In this document: positions 39,961 to 50,419 of the stretch, piece by piece
Layout: the number at the start of each line of letters is the position of its first letter
Position numbering within the stretch: position 1 is the first letter of the stretch
NCBI GenBank assembly: GCA_965199495.1
Contig: CBDASK010000003.1
Span: 1,856,001-1,920,000, forward strand
From: Abditibacterium sp.
Lineage (GTDB): Bacteria; Armatimonadota; Abditibacteriia; Abditibacteriales; Abditibacteriaceae
DNA: 64,000 nucleotides
Direction of reading: 5' to 3'
Notes under the pieces: generated by a model
What the model saw: the letters and a program-made list of their open reading frames with translations, nothing else
Told to the model about the DNA's origin: nothing
Databases searched by the model: none
Translations under genes and position numbers: made by a program

Positions 39961-40629
39961 TTACGAGTAAATCGTCGGGTCGCTCACGCCCGCATCGCGA
40001 AACGCTTCGATGCGTTCGACGCACGTCCCGCATTTACCGCAGTGCAAAGAGCCGCCTTCGTAGCAGCTCCACGTTTTCTCGAACGGCACGCCCAGACGCG
40101 CGCCCTCGCGCACGATGCCAGTTTTATCGGTCTGGGTAAAGGGAGCGTAAAGTTCCAGATCGGGCGCGCCAAAACCTTGATTGGCCAATTTTTCCATCTG
40201 CTCGAACGATTCGATAAACGCCGGGCGGCAATCGGGATAAACGAAATGATCGCCGCCGTGAACGCCAATCGCCACACAATTCGCATTACACGCGACCGCC
40301 GCGCCGTAAGCCAGCGCCAGAAAAATCGCGTTGCGATTGGGCACAACCGTAATTGACATATTGGGCGCCGCGTAATGTCCGTGCGGTACCGCGATATTTT
40401 CATCCGTCAAAGCCGAGCCGCCGATGAGCCTGCCGAAATTACTCAAATCAACGATGTCGAAATCGGCACCTAAATCTTGCGCGCAAACACGGGCAAATTC
40501 GAGTTCTTTACGGTGTTTCTGTCCGTAATCGAAGGCGAGCAGATGCAAATCATAACGTTGCGAATGGAGCGAATAAGCGAGCGTGACCGAATCGAGGCCG
40601 CCCGAAACAATGGCGATGGCGCGTGGCAT
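39961..40629 (-). CDS. queC: 7-cyano-7-deazaguanine synthase
   Basis: SGGLDS, YGQKH, VPNRN, YPDCR, TWSCY...CGKCGTC. Confidence 0.97.
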   Translation of the reverse strand: MPRAIAIVSGGLDSVTLAYSLHSQRYDLHLLAFDYGQKHRKELEFARVCAQDLGADFDIVDLSNFGRLIGGSALTDENIAVPHGHYAAPNMSITVVPNRNAIFLALAYGAAVACNANCVAIGVHGGDHFVYPDCRPAFIESFEQMEKLANQGFGAPDLELYAPFTQTDKTGIVREGARLGVPFEKTWSCYEGGSLHCGKCGTCVERIEAFRDAGVSDPTIYS

Positions 40630-40701
40630 AAAAGATAGTTTGAACGATTCGCGCGTGTTCGGGACTTTCGCAACTTTACTATCCTAAAGAACCACAAAAT
40701 T

Positions 40702-42183
40702 ATGCGTTGGCGCGACCTTTTACAACTCCAAACCGAATCTCCTTTGCCGTCCGATTTCTTCGCGACGCCACGCCGCGTGCATTTCATCGGCGCGGGCGGC
40801 ATCGGCATGAGCGCGCTCGCGTTGCTCCTCCAAGCACGCGGCCACGACGTTTCTGGTTCCGACGAACGCGATGGCGCGATGCAGAATAAATTGCGCGATG
40901 CGGGCGTCTCTGTTCATATCGGCCACGCCGCCGAAAATGTCGCGGGCGCCGAGGCGATTTTTTATTCGTCGGCGATTCCGGGCGATAATCCCGAATGGAT
41001 TGCGGGCCAAAACGCGGGCATTCCGTTTTATCATCGTTCGCAGTTGCTGGCGCACATTTCCAACGCGGCCAAAGTTTCGATTGCGGTTTCGGGCACGCAC
41101 GGCAAAAGCACAACGAGCGCGATGATCGCGCATATTTTGACCGAAACCGGCCACAATCCGACCGCGATTTTGGGCGCGGTTTACTCGCCGTTCGACAGCA
41201 ATTTGCGCATCGGCGACCCCGATTTAGTCGTCGTCGAAGCCGACGAATCGGACGGCTCGTTTACCCTTCTCAAGCCGACGGTTGCGGTCGTTTTGAACGT
41301 CGAACCGGAGCATTTGGAAAACTACGACGAAAGCGAAGACGAACTCTGGCGCGCATTTGAGATGTTTGGCAATGAAGCTGAAGTTTTAGTTCACAATGCC
41401 GACCAATCAGAATTGCGCGGTTTAAGCGAAAGGGATTTCGGATATGGTTTTGAAAACGGAAGTTTGCGAGCCGTTGATATTCAAACCAAAGCCGGAGAAA
41501 CGCAATTTGTCGTTCGTGCCATTCATTCGCCGAAACAAATCGTGGATTCGAACGCGACTTTGCGAGTTCCGGGCAAACACAATGTTTCCAATTCTTTAGC
41601 AGCAATTTTAGCAATTGACGTTGCTTCTTTCGAGCAAGGTTCGATGATTACTCCGCATCCTTTGCACAATGTTGGCAATCCCAAAATCGTGGCCTCCAAA
41701 CTCGAATCTTTCGCCGGAACGTTACGTCGCTTCGAGCGCAAAGGCGAGGCAAATGGCGTGTTGGTTTACGACGATTATGGCCATCATCCAACCGAAGTGC
41801 GCGCGACTTTGGGCGCGGCGAAGGAGTTTTTGAATCGTCCGATTTGCGTGATTTTTCAGCCGCATCGTTATTCGCGTACGCAGGCGCTTTATCGCGATTT
41901 CGGGACGGCGTTCGCCGATGCCGATACGATTATTATCACGCAACTTTATTCGGCGCACGAAGAGTCAATTGCGGGCGTTTCCGGGCGTTTGGTTTTCGAC
42001 GAAGTGCGCGCGCATAATCCCGGCAAACCGGTGTTTTACGCCGAGAACTTGGACGAGGCGTTGGCCGTGGCTGTAGCTAACGTCAAGACGGGCGACGCGT
42101 TGTTGACGATGGGCGCGGGCGACGTAACGACATTGGGATCGCGCGTATTGGAGGCGCTGGAAAAACGTCATACTTCCCTCTAA
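40702..42183 (+). CDS. murC: UDP-N-acetylmuramate--L-alanine ligase
   Basis: HFIGAGGIGMSALA, GTHGKSTT, EADESDGSF, DDYGHHPTE, FQPHRYSRT. Confidence 0.97.
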   Translation: MRWRDLLQLQTESPLPSDFFATPRRVHFIGAGGIGMSALALLLQARGHDVSGSDERDGAMQNKLRDAGVSVHIGHAAENVAGAEAIFYSSAIPGDNPEWIAGQNAGIPFYHRSQLLAHISNAAKVSIAVSGTHGKSTTSAMIAHILTETGHNPTAILGAVYSPFDSNLRIGDPDLVVVEADESDGSFTLLKPTVAVVLNVEPEHLENYDESEDELWRAFEMFGNEAEVLVHNADQSELRGLSERDFGYGFENGSLRAVDIQTKAGETQFVVRAIHSPKQIVDSNATLRVPGKHNVSNSLAAILAIDVASFEQGSMITPHPLHNVGNPKIVASKLESFAGTLRRFERKGEANGVLVYDDYGHHPTEVRATLGAAKEFLNRPICVIFQPHRYSRTQALYRDFGTAFADADTIIITQLYSAHEESIAGVSGRLVFDEVRAHNPGKPVFYAENLDEALAVAVANVKTGDALLTMGAGDVTTLGSRVLEALEKRHTSL

Positions 42184-42188
42184 CGCCC

Positions 42189-43112
42189 ATGTCCGCCTTC
42201 CAATCGCTGCTTGCCCTGCCCTTCGCGCGCGCCGACGAACTTTTGTCGCGCCACACCACGATTAAAGTTGGCGGCCCGGCGCGCGTCTGGGTCGAGCCAA
42301 ATTCGCCCGACGAATTGGCCTATTTTCTCGAACTCAACGCGCAGGTCGGCGCGCCGCTCTACGTTTTGGGCGCCGGTTCCAACGTCGTGCCCGCCGCCGA
42401 CGGTTACGAAGGCGTCATGCTGCATCTGGGCAAAAATTTCGCTTATAGTCGCGTCGAGCGTAACCGATTATTGGTCGCGGGCGGCGCGGCGATGTTGCCC
42501 AAGTTGACGAGCTTTGCCAACAAATGTAATCTGGGCAATTTCGAGTGGGCGTGCGGCATTCCCGGCAGCGTCGGCGGCAGTTTGTGGGGCAACGCCGGGG
42601 CGCGCGGCTTCAACGGCGAAGGCTTCGAGAGCCGCGACAGCGCCGCCGATTTCGCCGGTTGCGTCGCCTACGACCGCGCCGGAAAACGCGTAGAACTCCA
42701 CCGCGACGATGTCGAATTCGCCTATCGCAAATCGAGTCTGGGCGAACTCATCATCGTCGAAGCAACGTTTGCGCTCAAACCTTTGACAGACGAACAGACT
42801 TTGGAACATAAACAGGCGATTCGCGATTTGCTCGAAAAGCGGCGCAATACGCAACCGGTTTCGGCGGCTTCGGCGGGCTGCATCTGGAAAAATCCCGCCT
42901 CGCCCGACTACGCCGGAGCGGGCGCTTTAATCGAACAATTGGGCCTCAAAACCGAAACTGTCGGCGGCGCTTCGATCAGCGAGATTCACGGCAATTTTTT
43001 AATTAACAATGGCGGCACAGCCGCCGATGTGCGCGAGTTGGCCAGCAAAATTGAAGCGCAGGTCAAAGCGCAAACTGGCATCGAACTGGAACGCGAAGCG
43101 CGGTTTCTTTAA
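42189..43112 (+). CDS. murB: UDP-N-acetylenolpyruvoylglucosamine reductase
   Basis: HTTIKVGGPA, LGAGSN, GIPGSVGG, SAGCIWKNP, HGNFLIN. Confidence 0.95.
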   Translation: MSAFQSLLALPFARADELLSRHTTIKVGGPARVWVEPNSPDELAYFLELNAQVGAPLYVLGAGSNVVPAADGYEGVMLHLGKNFAYSRVERNRLLVAGGAAMLPKLTSFANKCNLGNFEWACGIPGSVGGSLWGNAGARGFNGEGFESRDSAADFAGCVAYDRAGKRVELHRDDVEFAYRKSSLGELIIVEATFALKPLTDEQTLEHKQAIRDLLEKRRNTQPVSAASAGCIWKNPASPDYAGAGALIEQLGLKTETVGGASISEIHGNFLINNGGTAADVRELASKIEAQVKAQTGIELEREARFL

Positions 43113-43210
43113 AGTGACAGGGAGCAAGGGACAAGGATTCGCGCGAGTCGAGTTCCAGCGCTTTGAGTGATCCTGTTCCTTGTCCCTTGTTCCCTGCCCC
43201 TTACCAAACA

Positions 43211-44215
43211 ATGCAAAATCAACAACAAACTGTCGCCGTTTTAATGGGCGGCGATTCTTCCGAACGCCCCGTTTCGTTTTCGTCGGGCCGCGCCGTGGCT
43301 GATGCTCTGGCCGATGCCGGTTACACCATCACTTGTTTCGATGTGTCGGATCAAGGCTATCGCGGCGACATTTCGCGCGCCGATGCGATGGGTCGCCGTC
43401 CGCGCCACGCGATTTTCCCGCTCGCGTGGGATCATCTGGTCACCGCACTTTATACCAACGGTTTCAACGCGATTTTCCCGGTTTTACACGGCGGGCGCGG
43501 CGAAGATGGCACGCTGCAAACTCTGCTCGAAGTCGGCGGTTTGCCGTTCGTCGGTTCTGGGGCGCGCGCCTGCGCTATCGCGATTGATAAACCGCTCGCC
43601 AAAGCCTATTTGCGCGATTTTAACATCCAATCGCCGCGCGGCGTTTACGTTTCGGATGTGGACGAATTGACCGACGAAATCTCCATTCCCTGCGCGATTA
43701 AACCGGCGAGCGGCGGCAGTTCGGTCGGCACCACTATTTTGAAAAGCGGAACAACCGACGATTTGCGCGGCGCCGTCGCGCGCGCGCTGACTGATGGTTC
43801 GGGCGCTTTAGTTGAAAAATTGATCGAAGGCGTCGAAGTGACGTGCGCCGTAATGGGCGAGGGCGAAGCAGCCACGGCGCTGCCGGTGATTGAAATTGTG
43901 CCGCAAAAGGGCGGCGGATTTTACGATTTCGAGGCCAAATACAGCGCGGGCGGCTCCGATCATTTGATTCCACCGCGCTTATCGGATGAAGTTCAAGCAC
44001 AAATCCGCGCGCAATCCGAGAAAGTCCATCGCGCTTTGGGTTGTCGCGGCGTGACGCGTTGCGACTGGATCGTCAACGACGATGGTTTATGGTTTTTGGA
44101 AATCAATACCACGCCCGGCATGACCGAGACTTCGCTTGTGCCCGACGCCGCGCGCGCGCTGGGCATCGAATTTTCGCAGTTGGTCGGTGATTTAATCAAA
44201 AGTGCCGTCCGCTAA
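43211..44215 (+). CDS. ddl: D-alanine--D-alanine ligase
   Basis: GGDSSERPVS, LHGGRGEDG, GSSVG, YDFEAKY, LEINTTPG. Confidence 0.96.
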   Translation: MQNQQQTVAVLMGGDSSERPVSFSSGRAVADALADAGYTITCFDVSDQGYRGDISRADAMGRRPRHAIFPLAWDHLVTALYTNGFNAIFPVLHGGRGEDGTLQTLLEVGGLPFVGSGARACAIAIDKPLAKAYLRDFNIQSPRGVYVSDVDELTDEISIPCAIKPASGGSSVGTTILKSGTTDDLRGAVARALTDGSGALVEKLIEGVEVTCAVMGEGEAATALPVIEIVPQKGGGFYDFEAKYSAGGSDHLIPPRLSDEVQAQIRAQSEKVHRALGCRGVTRCDWIVNDDGLWFLEINTTPGMTETSLVPDAARALGIEFSQLVGDLIKSAVR

Positions 44216-44236
44216 CGCATCAATTTTCCCAACTTC

Positions 44237-45403
44237 GTGAAGCCCCACATTTGTTATCTGCTGCCGCCCTTCGAGCATTATTCGCCGTCGTCGGGCGGCG
44301 CTTTAGCGACGATTGTGCTCAATCACCGCCGCGAACTGCTCAAACGCGGTTATCGCGTCAGCGTGCTGGCTCCCGAATTTGAAGGCGAAAAGTATCGCGA
44401 CGAGAACATCGAATTCTTGAAGATTAAACAGCGCGCCGATTTAAATATCGCTCAACGTTTTTTTTCTTCAAGAATTCGCGGGCAATTCAAACATTATGAT
44501 TTGCCTTATTACGAATATTATCTGAGATTAATCAAACCAGCCTTGCGAGAAATTAAAGCTGATATTATCATCGCGTTCAACGATTTTTCTTCTTCCTACG
44601 AAATCAAAAGTGTTTTGCCGAATGCGCAAGTTATTATTTATCTACAAAACGAGCATTCGCGCATTCGTCAATCGGAAACCTATTTAAACAGGAATCTCGA
44701 TGCGACCGATCAAATCTGGGGAGTTAGCGATTACATCAGCGACCGCACCAAAACCGATTTTCCGCGCGCAGCAAATAAAATTTCGACTTTATATAACGGC
44801 GTTGACAACCAAACATTTTTCCCACGCGAAAACAACTTGCAATCGTCCGATTTAAATGCTCCAATTCACGTGATTTACGTTGGTCGCACCGACGCGACTA
44901 AAGGCACCGATTTGGTGCCGCGCGCCGTTTCTCAACTGAAATCTGAAGGTGAAAATGTCGAATTAACTATCGCTGGCTCGACGTGGTTTTACGATCACGA
45001 GAAACAAAACGCGCGGCCTTATATTCGCGAACTGCGCGCAGCGATGGACGCGGCGGGCGCCAATTATCTGGGTCACGTCGCGCGCCCTGATTTGCCCGCG
45101 CTACTTCGTCAGGCCGACGTGGCTTGTGTTCCCTCACGGTTCAATGAACCTTTCGGTTTAACCGCGCTCGAAGGCATGGCTTCGGGTTGCGCGACCATCG
45201 TTTCCAATCGCGGCGGCTTGCCCGAATTTTGCGCGGGCGCGGCCTTAGTCATCGAACCCGACGCGCCCGACGAATTTACCGACGCTTTGCGCCGGTTAGT
45301 GCGCGACCGGGCTTTGCTCAATCGCTATAAAGAATTGGGCCGCGCTCGCGCGTTAGAATACGATTGGAGCGTCGCGGTTGACCGGTTGGAAACTTTAATT
45401 TAA
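44237..45403 (+). CDS. Glycosyltransferase family 4
   Basis: YNGVD, YVGR...KG, EPFGLTALEGMASG. Confidence 0.9.
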   Translation: MKPHICYLLPPFEHYSPSSGGALATIVLNHRRELLKRGYRVSVLAPEFEGEKYRDENIEFLKIKQRADLNIAQRFFSSRIRGQFKHYDLPYYEYYLRLIKPALREIKADIIIAFNDFSSSYEIKSVLPNAQVIIYLQNEHSRIRQSETYLNRNLDATDQIWGVSDYISDRTKTDFPRAANKISTLYNGVDNQTFFPRENNLQSSDLNAPIHVIYVGRTDATKGTDLVPRAVSQLKSEGENVELTIAGSTWFYDHEKQNARPYIRELRAAMDAAGANYLGHVARPDLPALLRQADVACVPSRFNEPFGLTALEGMASGCATIVSNRGGLPEFCAGAALVIEPDAPDEFTDALRRLVRDRALLNRYKELGRARALEYDWSVAVDRLETLI

Positions 45404-45414
45404 TCCGACTAAAT

Positions 45415-46371
45415 TTATCGCTGCGGCAAATTTTCGACGTTGTTTAAAAACCAATCGTAAGTGCTTTGGACGCCCGAACGCAAATCAATATTCGCTTTCC
45501 AACCCAAATCATTAATTTGCGAAACGTCCATCAATTTGCGCGGCGTGCCATCGGGTTTGGAGGCGTCGAAGGCTAATTCGCCCTCGAAACCGACGATTTC
45601 GCGAATCAACAGTGCCAGATCGCGAATCGAAATATCTTCGCCATAACCGACGTTAAGCGGGCCGGGCGCGGAAAAATTTTCCATCAAAAACAGACAGGCT
45701 TGCGCCAAATCTTGCGAATGCAAAAATTCGCGCAATGGCGTGCCACTGCCCCAGATAGCCACGTCGGGCGACTGGTTGATTTTGGCCTCGTGCATTTTGC
45801 GCATCATCGCGGGCAAAACGTGCGAGTTTTTCAAATCGAAATTGTCAAATGGGCCATACAAATTGGTCGGCATCGCCGAAATAAAATCGTCGCCGTATTG
45901 AACGCGATACGAATCGCACAATTCAATCGCCGCGATCTTAGCCACGGCGTAGGCGCGATTGGTCGCTTCGAGCGGCCCGGTGAGTAGCGCCGATTCCCGC
46001 AAAGGCTGCGGCGCTAATTTCGGATAAATACAACTCGAACCCAGATTGAGAAGTTTGCGCACGCCAGTTTGGTGCGCCGCCTCGATGACGTTGGCGGCGA
46101 TCATCAAATTGTCGTAGATGAACTGCGCCGGATAAGTCGAGTTCGCCAAAATGCCACCCACGCGCGCGGCGGCGAGCAGAACGTAAACCGGTTTTTCTTC
46201 GGCAAAAAACGAGTTGACCGAGCTTTGATTTCGCAAATCAAGTTCGCCCGACGTGCGCGTGACGATGTTAGTAAAGCCCGCGTTTTGCAGTTGGCGCAGC
46301 AAAGCGCCGCCGACGAGGCCGCGATGGCCAGCCAGATAAATTTTCGCGTCGCGATCCAATTGTTGAGACAT
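45415..46371 (-). CDS. fcl: GDP-L-fucose synthase
   Basis: AGHRGLVG, AARVGGI, LGSSCIYP, YAVAK, MPTNLYGP, KPDGTPRK. Confidence 0.97.
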   Translation of the reverse strand: MSQQLDRDAKIYLAGHRGLVGGALLRQLQNAGFTNIVTRTSGELDLRNQSSVNSFFAEEKPVYVLLAAARVGGILANSTYPAQFIYDNLMIAANVIEAAHQTGVRKLLNLGSSCIYPKLAPQPLRESALLTGPLEATNRAYAVAKIAAIELCDSYRVQYGDDFISAMPTNLYGPFDNFDLKNSHVLPAMMRKMHEAKINQSPDVAIWGSGTPLREFLHSQDLAQACLFLMENFSAPGPLNVGYGEDISIRDLALLIREIVGFEGELAFDASKPDGTPRKLMDVSQINDLGWKANIDLRSGVQSTYDWFLNNVENLPQR

Positions 46372-46433
46372 GGGAAAAGGATGAAGGATAAAATGGGACT
46401 AAAAAAATTTCATCCTTCAGCCTTCATCTTCTC

Positions 46434-47495
46434 CTAAATATCGGCGGGCACCGGATAAATTTCGCTGACAGTCGGCACGGGCTGGCCATCCATATCGGCG
46501 ATGATTTTTTCGCGGCGTGCCACTTCCATATCGGCCTCGACCATTTCGCGCACCAGTTCATCAAAGCTGGTTTTGGGGCGCCAATCCAACTCGGAAAACG
46601 TGTCGGTCGGGTCGCCCAATAAATACTCGACTTCGGCGGGGCGGAAGAATCGCTCGTCCACTTCGACGTATTTTTCCCAATCCAAATCTACGAGTGCAAA
46701 CGCTTTTTCGGCGAACTCGCGCACCGAGTAAGCCTTGCCGGTGGCTACCACGTAGTCGCGCGCGGTGTGATGCTGCAACATCGCGTGCATGCCTTCGACG
46801 TAATCGCGCGCGTGGCCCCAGTCGCGTTTCGCGTCCAAGTTGCCCAGATACAACTTCTTCTGCAAACCGTGCCGGATGCGTCCCACAGCTAAAGTTATTT
46901 TTCGCGTTACAAAATTGTCACCCCGACGCGGGCTTTCGTGATTAAAAAGTACGCCGTTGACCGCGAACATGTCGTAGCTTTCGCGGTGATTGACGGTTTG
47001 CCAGAAGCCGTAAACTTTGGCGCACGCGTAAGGACTGCGCGGGTGAAACGGCGTGTGCAGCGATTGCGGCGGCGGCGCGCTACCGAACATTTCCGAACTC
47101 GACGCCTGATAAAACTTGATTTGTTTTCCAGTCAAATCCTGCGTTTCGCGAATTGCTTCGAGCAAGCGCAACACGCCCACGCCGGTCACGTCGGCGGTAT
47201 ATTCGGTCTGATCCCACGAAACTTTGACGTGCGATTGGGCAGCCAGATTATAAACCTCGTCTGGTTTAATTTGGCCCATCAAACGCGACAAACCAGCCGA
47301 ATCAGACAAGTCGCCCAGATGCAATTGCAAGTTGGGATGCTGATTTTCGTCGAGCAGATGGGCGATGCGTCCGGTCGTGACGGTCGAAGCGCGGCGGATG
47401 AGGCCGTGAACTTGATAACCCTTGTCGAGCAGCAGTTCGGCCAAATAAGACCCGTCCTGCCCGGTGATTCCAGTAATGAGTGCGGTGCGATTCAT
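46434..47495 (-). CDS. gmd: GDP-mannose 4,6-dehydratase
   Basis: ITGITGQDGSYL, AAQSHV, YQASSSE, FNHESPRR, KRDWGHA. Confidence 0.98.
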   Translation of the reverse strand: MNRTALITGITGQDGSYLAELLLDKGYQVHGLIRRASTVTTGRIAHLLDENQHPNLQLHLGDLSDSAGLSRLMGQIKPDEVYNLAAQSHVKVSWDQTEYTADVTGVGVLRLLEAIRETQDLTGKQIKFYQASSSEMFGSAPPPQSLHTPFHPRSPYACAKVYGFWQTVNHRESYDMFAVNGVLFNHESPRRGDNFVTRKITLAVGRIRHGLQKKLYLGNLDAKRDWGHARDYVEGMHAMLQHHTARDYVVATGKAYSVREFAEKAFALVDLDWEKYVEVDERFFRPAEVEYLLGDPTDTFSELDWRPKTSFDELVREMVEADMEVARREKIIADMDGQPVPTVSEIYPVPADI

Positions 47496-47601
47496 AGATA
47501 TAGCCCTCGAACGGGCACAGATTTAACCTTTGTTAAGCGTTGCAAGTTAGACGGTTTTACAATCGGGCGTCAAGGTTATTTTCGCATTAACTGCGTTCTT
47601 T

Positions 47602-48252
47602 CTATTGTGGCGAAGCGGAACTTGGCGGCGCGTTTCTCAATTCGCGCTTTTTAATGAAGCGCGCCGGGTTACCACCGACGACAACCCACGGCTCGACATC
47701 GCGGTAAACGCTGGAGCGCGCGCCGACGACGGCGCCCTCGCCAATCGTGACGCCCGGCCCGATGAAAACATCGGCGAAAATCCACGCGCCCGCCTTGATA
47801 ACGATGGGCGCCGAAGTCAGGGCGCCCGCCGGGTCGGTGATGTCGTGCGAGGCGCTGCACAAAAAGCAATACTGGCTGACCGTCGCACCCTTTTCCAGCG
47901 TGATGGGCGCCACGCAATAACAATCTACATCGTTGGCCAGAGTCGAGCGCGCCTCCATCGTCAGGTTCCACGGCGCCCAGAATTTGACGTTAGGATAGAT
48001 GTGCGCGCCGCGCCCGATGCGCGCGCCAAACAAACGCAACAACCACGCGCGCCAGCCGAACAACAATCGTGGCGAAGGCCGAAACAAAAACAGCCAGACC
48101 CAGCCCCACAACACGCGCAACACTTTGTTCTTGAGCGAGTGCGGATTGGCGAACTCTTGCAGCTGATCAAGCGAAGGCGCCGTCGAAGTTGCATCCTTTG
48201 GCGGCGCATCCGCCGTGGGCGAAACGGCGGCGGCAGAAGCGGTGGAATCCAT
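47602..48252 (-). CDS. WcaF-like hexapeptide-repeat acetyltransferase
   Basis: LLRLFGARIG, WAPWNL, SQYCFLCSASHD, GVTIGEGAVVGA, GGNPA. Confidence 0.88.
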   Translation of the reverse strand: MDSTASAAAVSPTADAPPKDATSTAPSLDQLQEFANPHSLKNKVLRVLWGWVWLFLFRPSPRLLFGWRAWLLRLFGARIGRGAHIYPNVKFWAPWNLTMEARSTLANDVDCYCVAPITLEKGATVSQYCFLCSASHDITDPAGALTSAPIVIKAGAWIFADVFIGPGVTIGEGAVVGARSSVYRDVEPWVVVGGNPARFIKKRELRNAPPSSASPQ

Positions 48253-48385
48253 CAGTGTGAGTTTAAATCGTCGGAAAAAAGAAGCGCGGGAAATTCAACT
48301 CAAACCAGCGAATGAATTCGCTCGACAGGAGACAAAATATCGCCCAACATCTTTCTAATAACTTAGTTTGTCACAGTCGCGGCAC

Positions 48386-49621
48386 TCAAGCCACCGGGCC
48401 GGTGACCTCGTGAAAAATTTGCGACATGGTGGCGGCGTTGGCATCCCAAGTCAATTTCTCATTCGATAACGCTTTAGAGTTGGCGCCAAAGCGTTCGCGC
48501 AAGGCGTCGTCGGTGAGCAATTTCTCCAACATGCCCGCCGTGGCTGCACTGTCGTGGGGCGGCACTTTGAAACCTTGAACGCCATCTTCCAACACGTCGT
48601 TGATGCCGCTATCGTCGGGCCAGATTAGCGGTTTGCCCGCCGCCAGAGCTTCTAAAATTACCGTCGGAAACGGGTCGTCGCGCGAGATTAACGCGAAAAT
48701 ATCGGCCCAGACCATTTCCTGCATCAACGTTTCGTGCGACAACGCGCCCGCCATTTGCACGCGCTTTTCCAAATTCAATTGAGCAATCGCCGCCTCAATG
48801 TTGGGGCGGTCGCTGCCGTCGCCCACGATGCGCAGAATTGTGTTGGGAAAGCGCGCCTCGATTTTTGCCCACGCGTGAACAAGGGGCACGAAACCTTTGG
48901 ACGGATACAAAATGCTGGCACCTAAAATCACGCGTTTGCCGATGATTTCGGGTGGACGCGGCGCGCTGAGTTGCGCTGCAGTCGGAGTTTGGGCGCCGTT
49001 ATGAACCGTCGCGGTTTGGGCGCACGGAAAAATGCGTTTGGTGTCCTGCTCCATGCGAGTCGCCACGGCGACCATCTTCGCGCTGCCATTGATGACGCGC
49101 TCGAAGGTTTGAAAGCGCGCGGGCATAGTTTCGCAATCGATAATTTCGCTAAATAGATGATCGGTGACGACATAGGGCACGCCAAAACGCCGCTTGAGGT
49201 GCATCGCCAAATAGCCGTTGGCGCCGGTGTGATGCGCGAAAATCACGTCCGGCTTGTATTCGCGCATCACGCGCTCCAAAGCGCGCCGCGCGCTGATCCA
49301 GCCCAAACGCAAAAACGGTTCGGGATGGCGATAATTCAGGCCCAGATTAGTGTGCCCCATCGGATAGACCAGCCAGTGCGGATAATCCACGCGCAAGCCG
49401 TCCCAATCGTAGTTCGGCGGGCAATCCGAATAGGCGCGCGCGCCTTTTTTAATCGCGCCGACAAAACGCGGAATGTAGGCGTTGCACGAGACCACGCGCA
49501 CTTCCAAATCTTCGCGCCGCGCCAACGCTTTGGCCTGCTCCAACGCCCAAGTGCCAATTAAGGGATTGCCGGGTTTGGGGAAATAAGCGGCCAGAAACAG
49601 CACGCGCAGGGGACGTTTCAT
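48386..49621 (-). CDS. Glycosyltransferase family 4
   Basis: PDVIFAH, VHNG, KGF, DPFPTVILEALAAG. Confidence 0.88.
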   Translation of the reverse strand: MKRPLRVLFLAAYFPKPGNPLIGTWALEQAKALARREDLEVRVVSCNAYIPRFVGAIKKGARAYSDCPPNYDWDGLRVDYPHWLVYPMGHTNLGLNYRHPEPFLRLGWISARRALERVMREYKPDVIFAHHTGANGYLAMHLKRRFGVPYVVTDHLFSEIIDCETMPARFQTFERVINGSAKMVAVATRMEQDTKRIFPCAQTATVHNGAQTPTAAQLSAPRPPEIIGKRVILGASILYPSKGFVPLVHAWAKIEARFPNTILRIVGDGSDRPNIEAAIAQLNLEKRVQMAGALSHETLMQEMVWADIFALISRDDPFPTVILEALAAGKPLIWPDDSGINDVLEDGVQGFKVPPHDSAATAGMLEKLLTDDALRERFGANSKALSNEKLTWDANAATMSQIFHEVTGPVA

Positions 49622-49832
49622 GCGGGATGAGAATAAAAAGGCAGTGTTGCAATGTTTTGGTCGTTCGCACCAGAGCGCGCGGCTCCAAACGCGACAAGAA
49701 CCGGCGTTTCACGGCGAATATTGGGAGTTTTTGTGTCCCTCAGGCTTTTGAGTCAGACTTTCTAACCCTGTCAAGTTTTTGATTTACTTTCACGACCATG
49801 TTCTATTTTCCAGTTGCCGCGAGGCTTTTCCG

Positions 49833-50417
49833 ATGAACCGCGATGCCTTTATTAATCGGGCGCTGCGGTTGCCCGGTTCGATGCGGATGCGCGCGCGCAT
49901 TCGGATGTGGCGCGCGATGGGCGCGCGCATTGGCCCCGGTTGCTGGATTCGCGATGTGCAAGTGCCCGCCAATCCGTGGAATATCGAACTGGCCGAAGGC
50001 GTGATGCTGGAGCAAGATGTCGCGCTCATCACTCTCGAAACGCGCCGTGCGCGACCGGCTATTTCGTTGGGCCAAGCCGTTTTCATCAACCGGTTTACCG
50101 TTCTCGACGCTGCCGAACACATCGAAATCGGCGCTTATACCATGATTGGGCCGCTCTGTTTTTTGACCGATCACGATCATGGCACCGAACCGGGCACGTT
50201 GAGCCGCGATCAAGAGCCGGTTGTCGCGCCGCTCATCATCGGCTCGAACGTTTGGATCGGCGCGGGCGCGCTGATTCTCAAAGGCGTCACCATCGGCGAC
50301 AACGCGGTTATTGGCGCGGGCGCCGTCGTCACCCGCGATGTGGCGCCCGGCGCGCGCGTTGTCGGCGTGCCCGCGCGCGCTCTGGCGGCGCGCGATGTCG
50401 CCCCCGAAACTCGCTGA
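49833..50417 (+). CDS. Hexapeptide-repeat acyltransferase
   Basis: TDHDH, IIGSNVWIGAGALILKGVTIGDNAVIGAGAVV, GVPAR. Confidence 0.9.
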   Translation: MNRDAFINRALRLPGSMRMRARIRMWRAMGARIGPGCWIRDVQVPANPWNIELAEGVMLEQDVALITLETRRARPAISLGQAVFINRFTVLDAAEHIEIGAYTMIGPLCFLTDHDHGTEPGTLSRDQEPVVAPLIIGSNVWIGAGALILKGVTIGDNAVIGAGAVVTRDVAPGARVVGVPARALAARDVAPETR

Positions 50418-50419
50418 AT

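Noticed and set aside
40630..40701. preQ1 riboswitch upstream of queC
   Set aside because: No stem plus A-rich tail matching the known pattern in this short divergent gap
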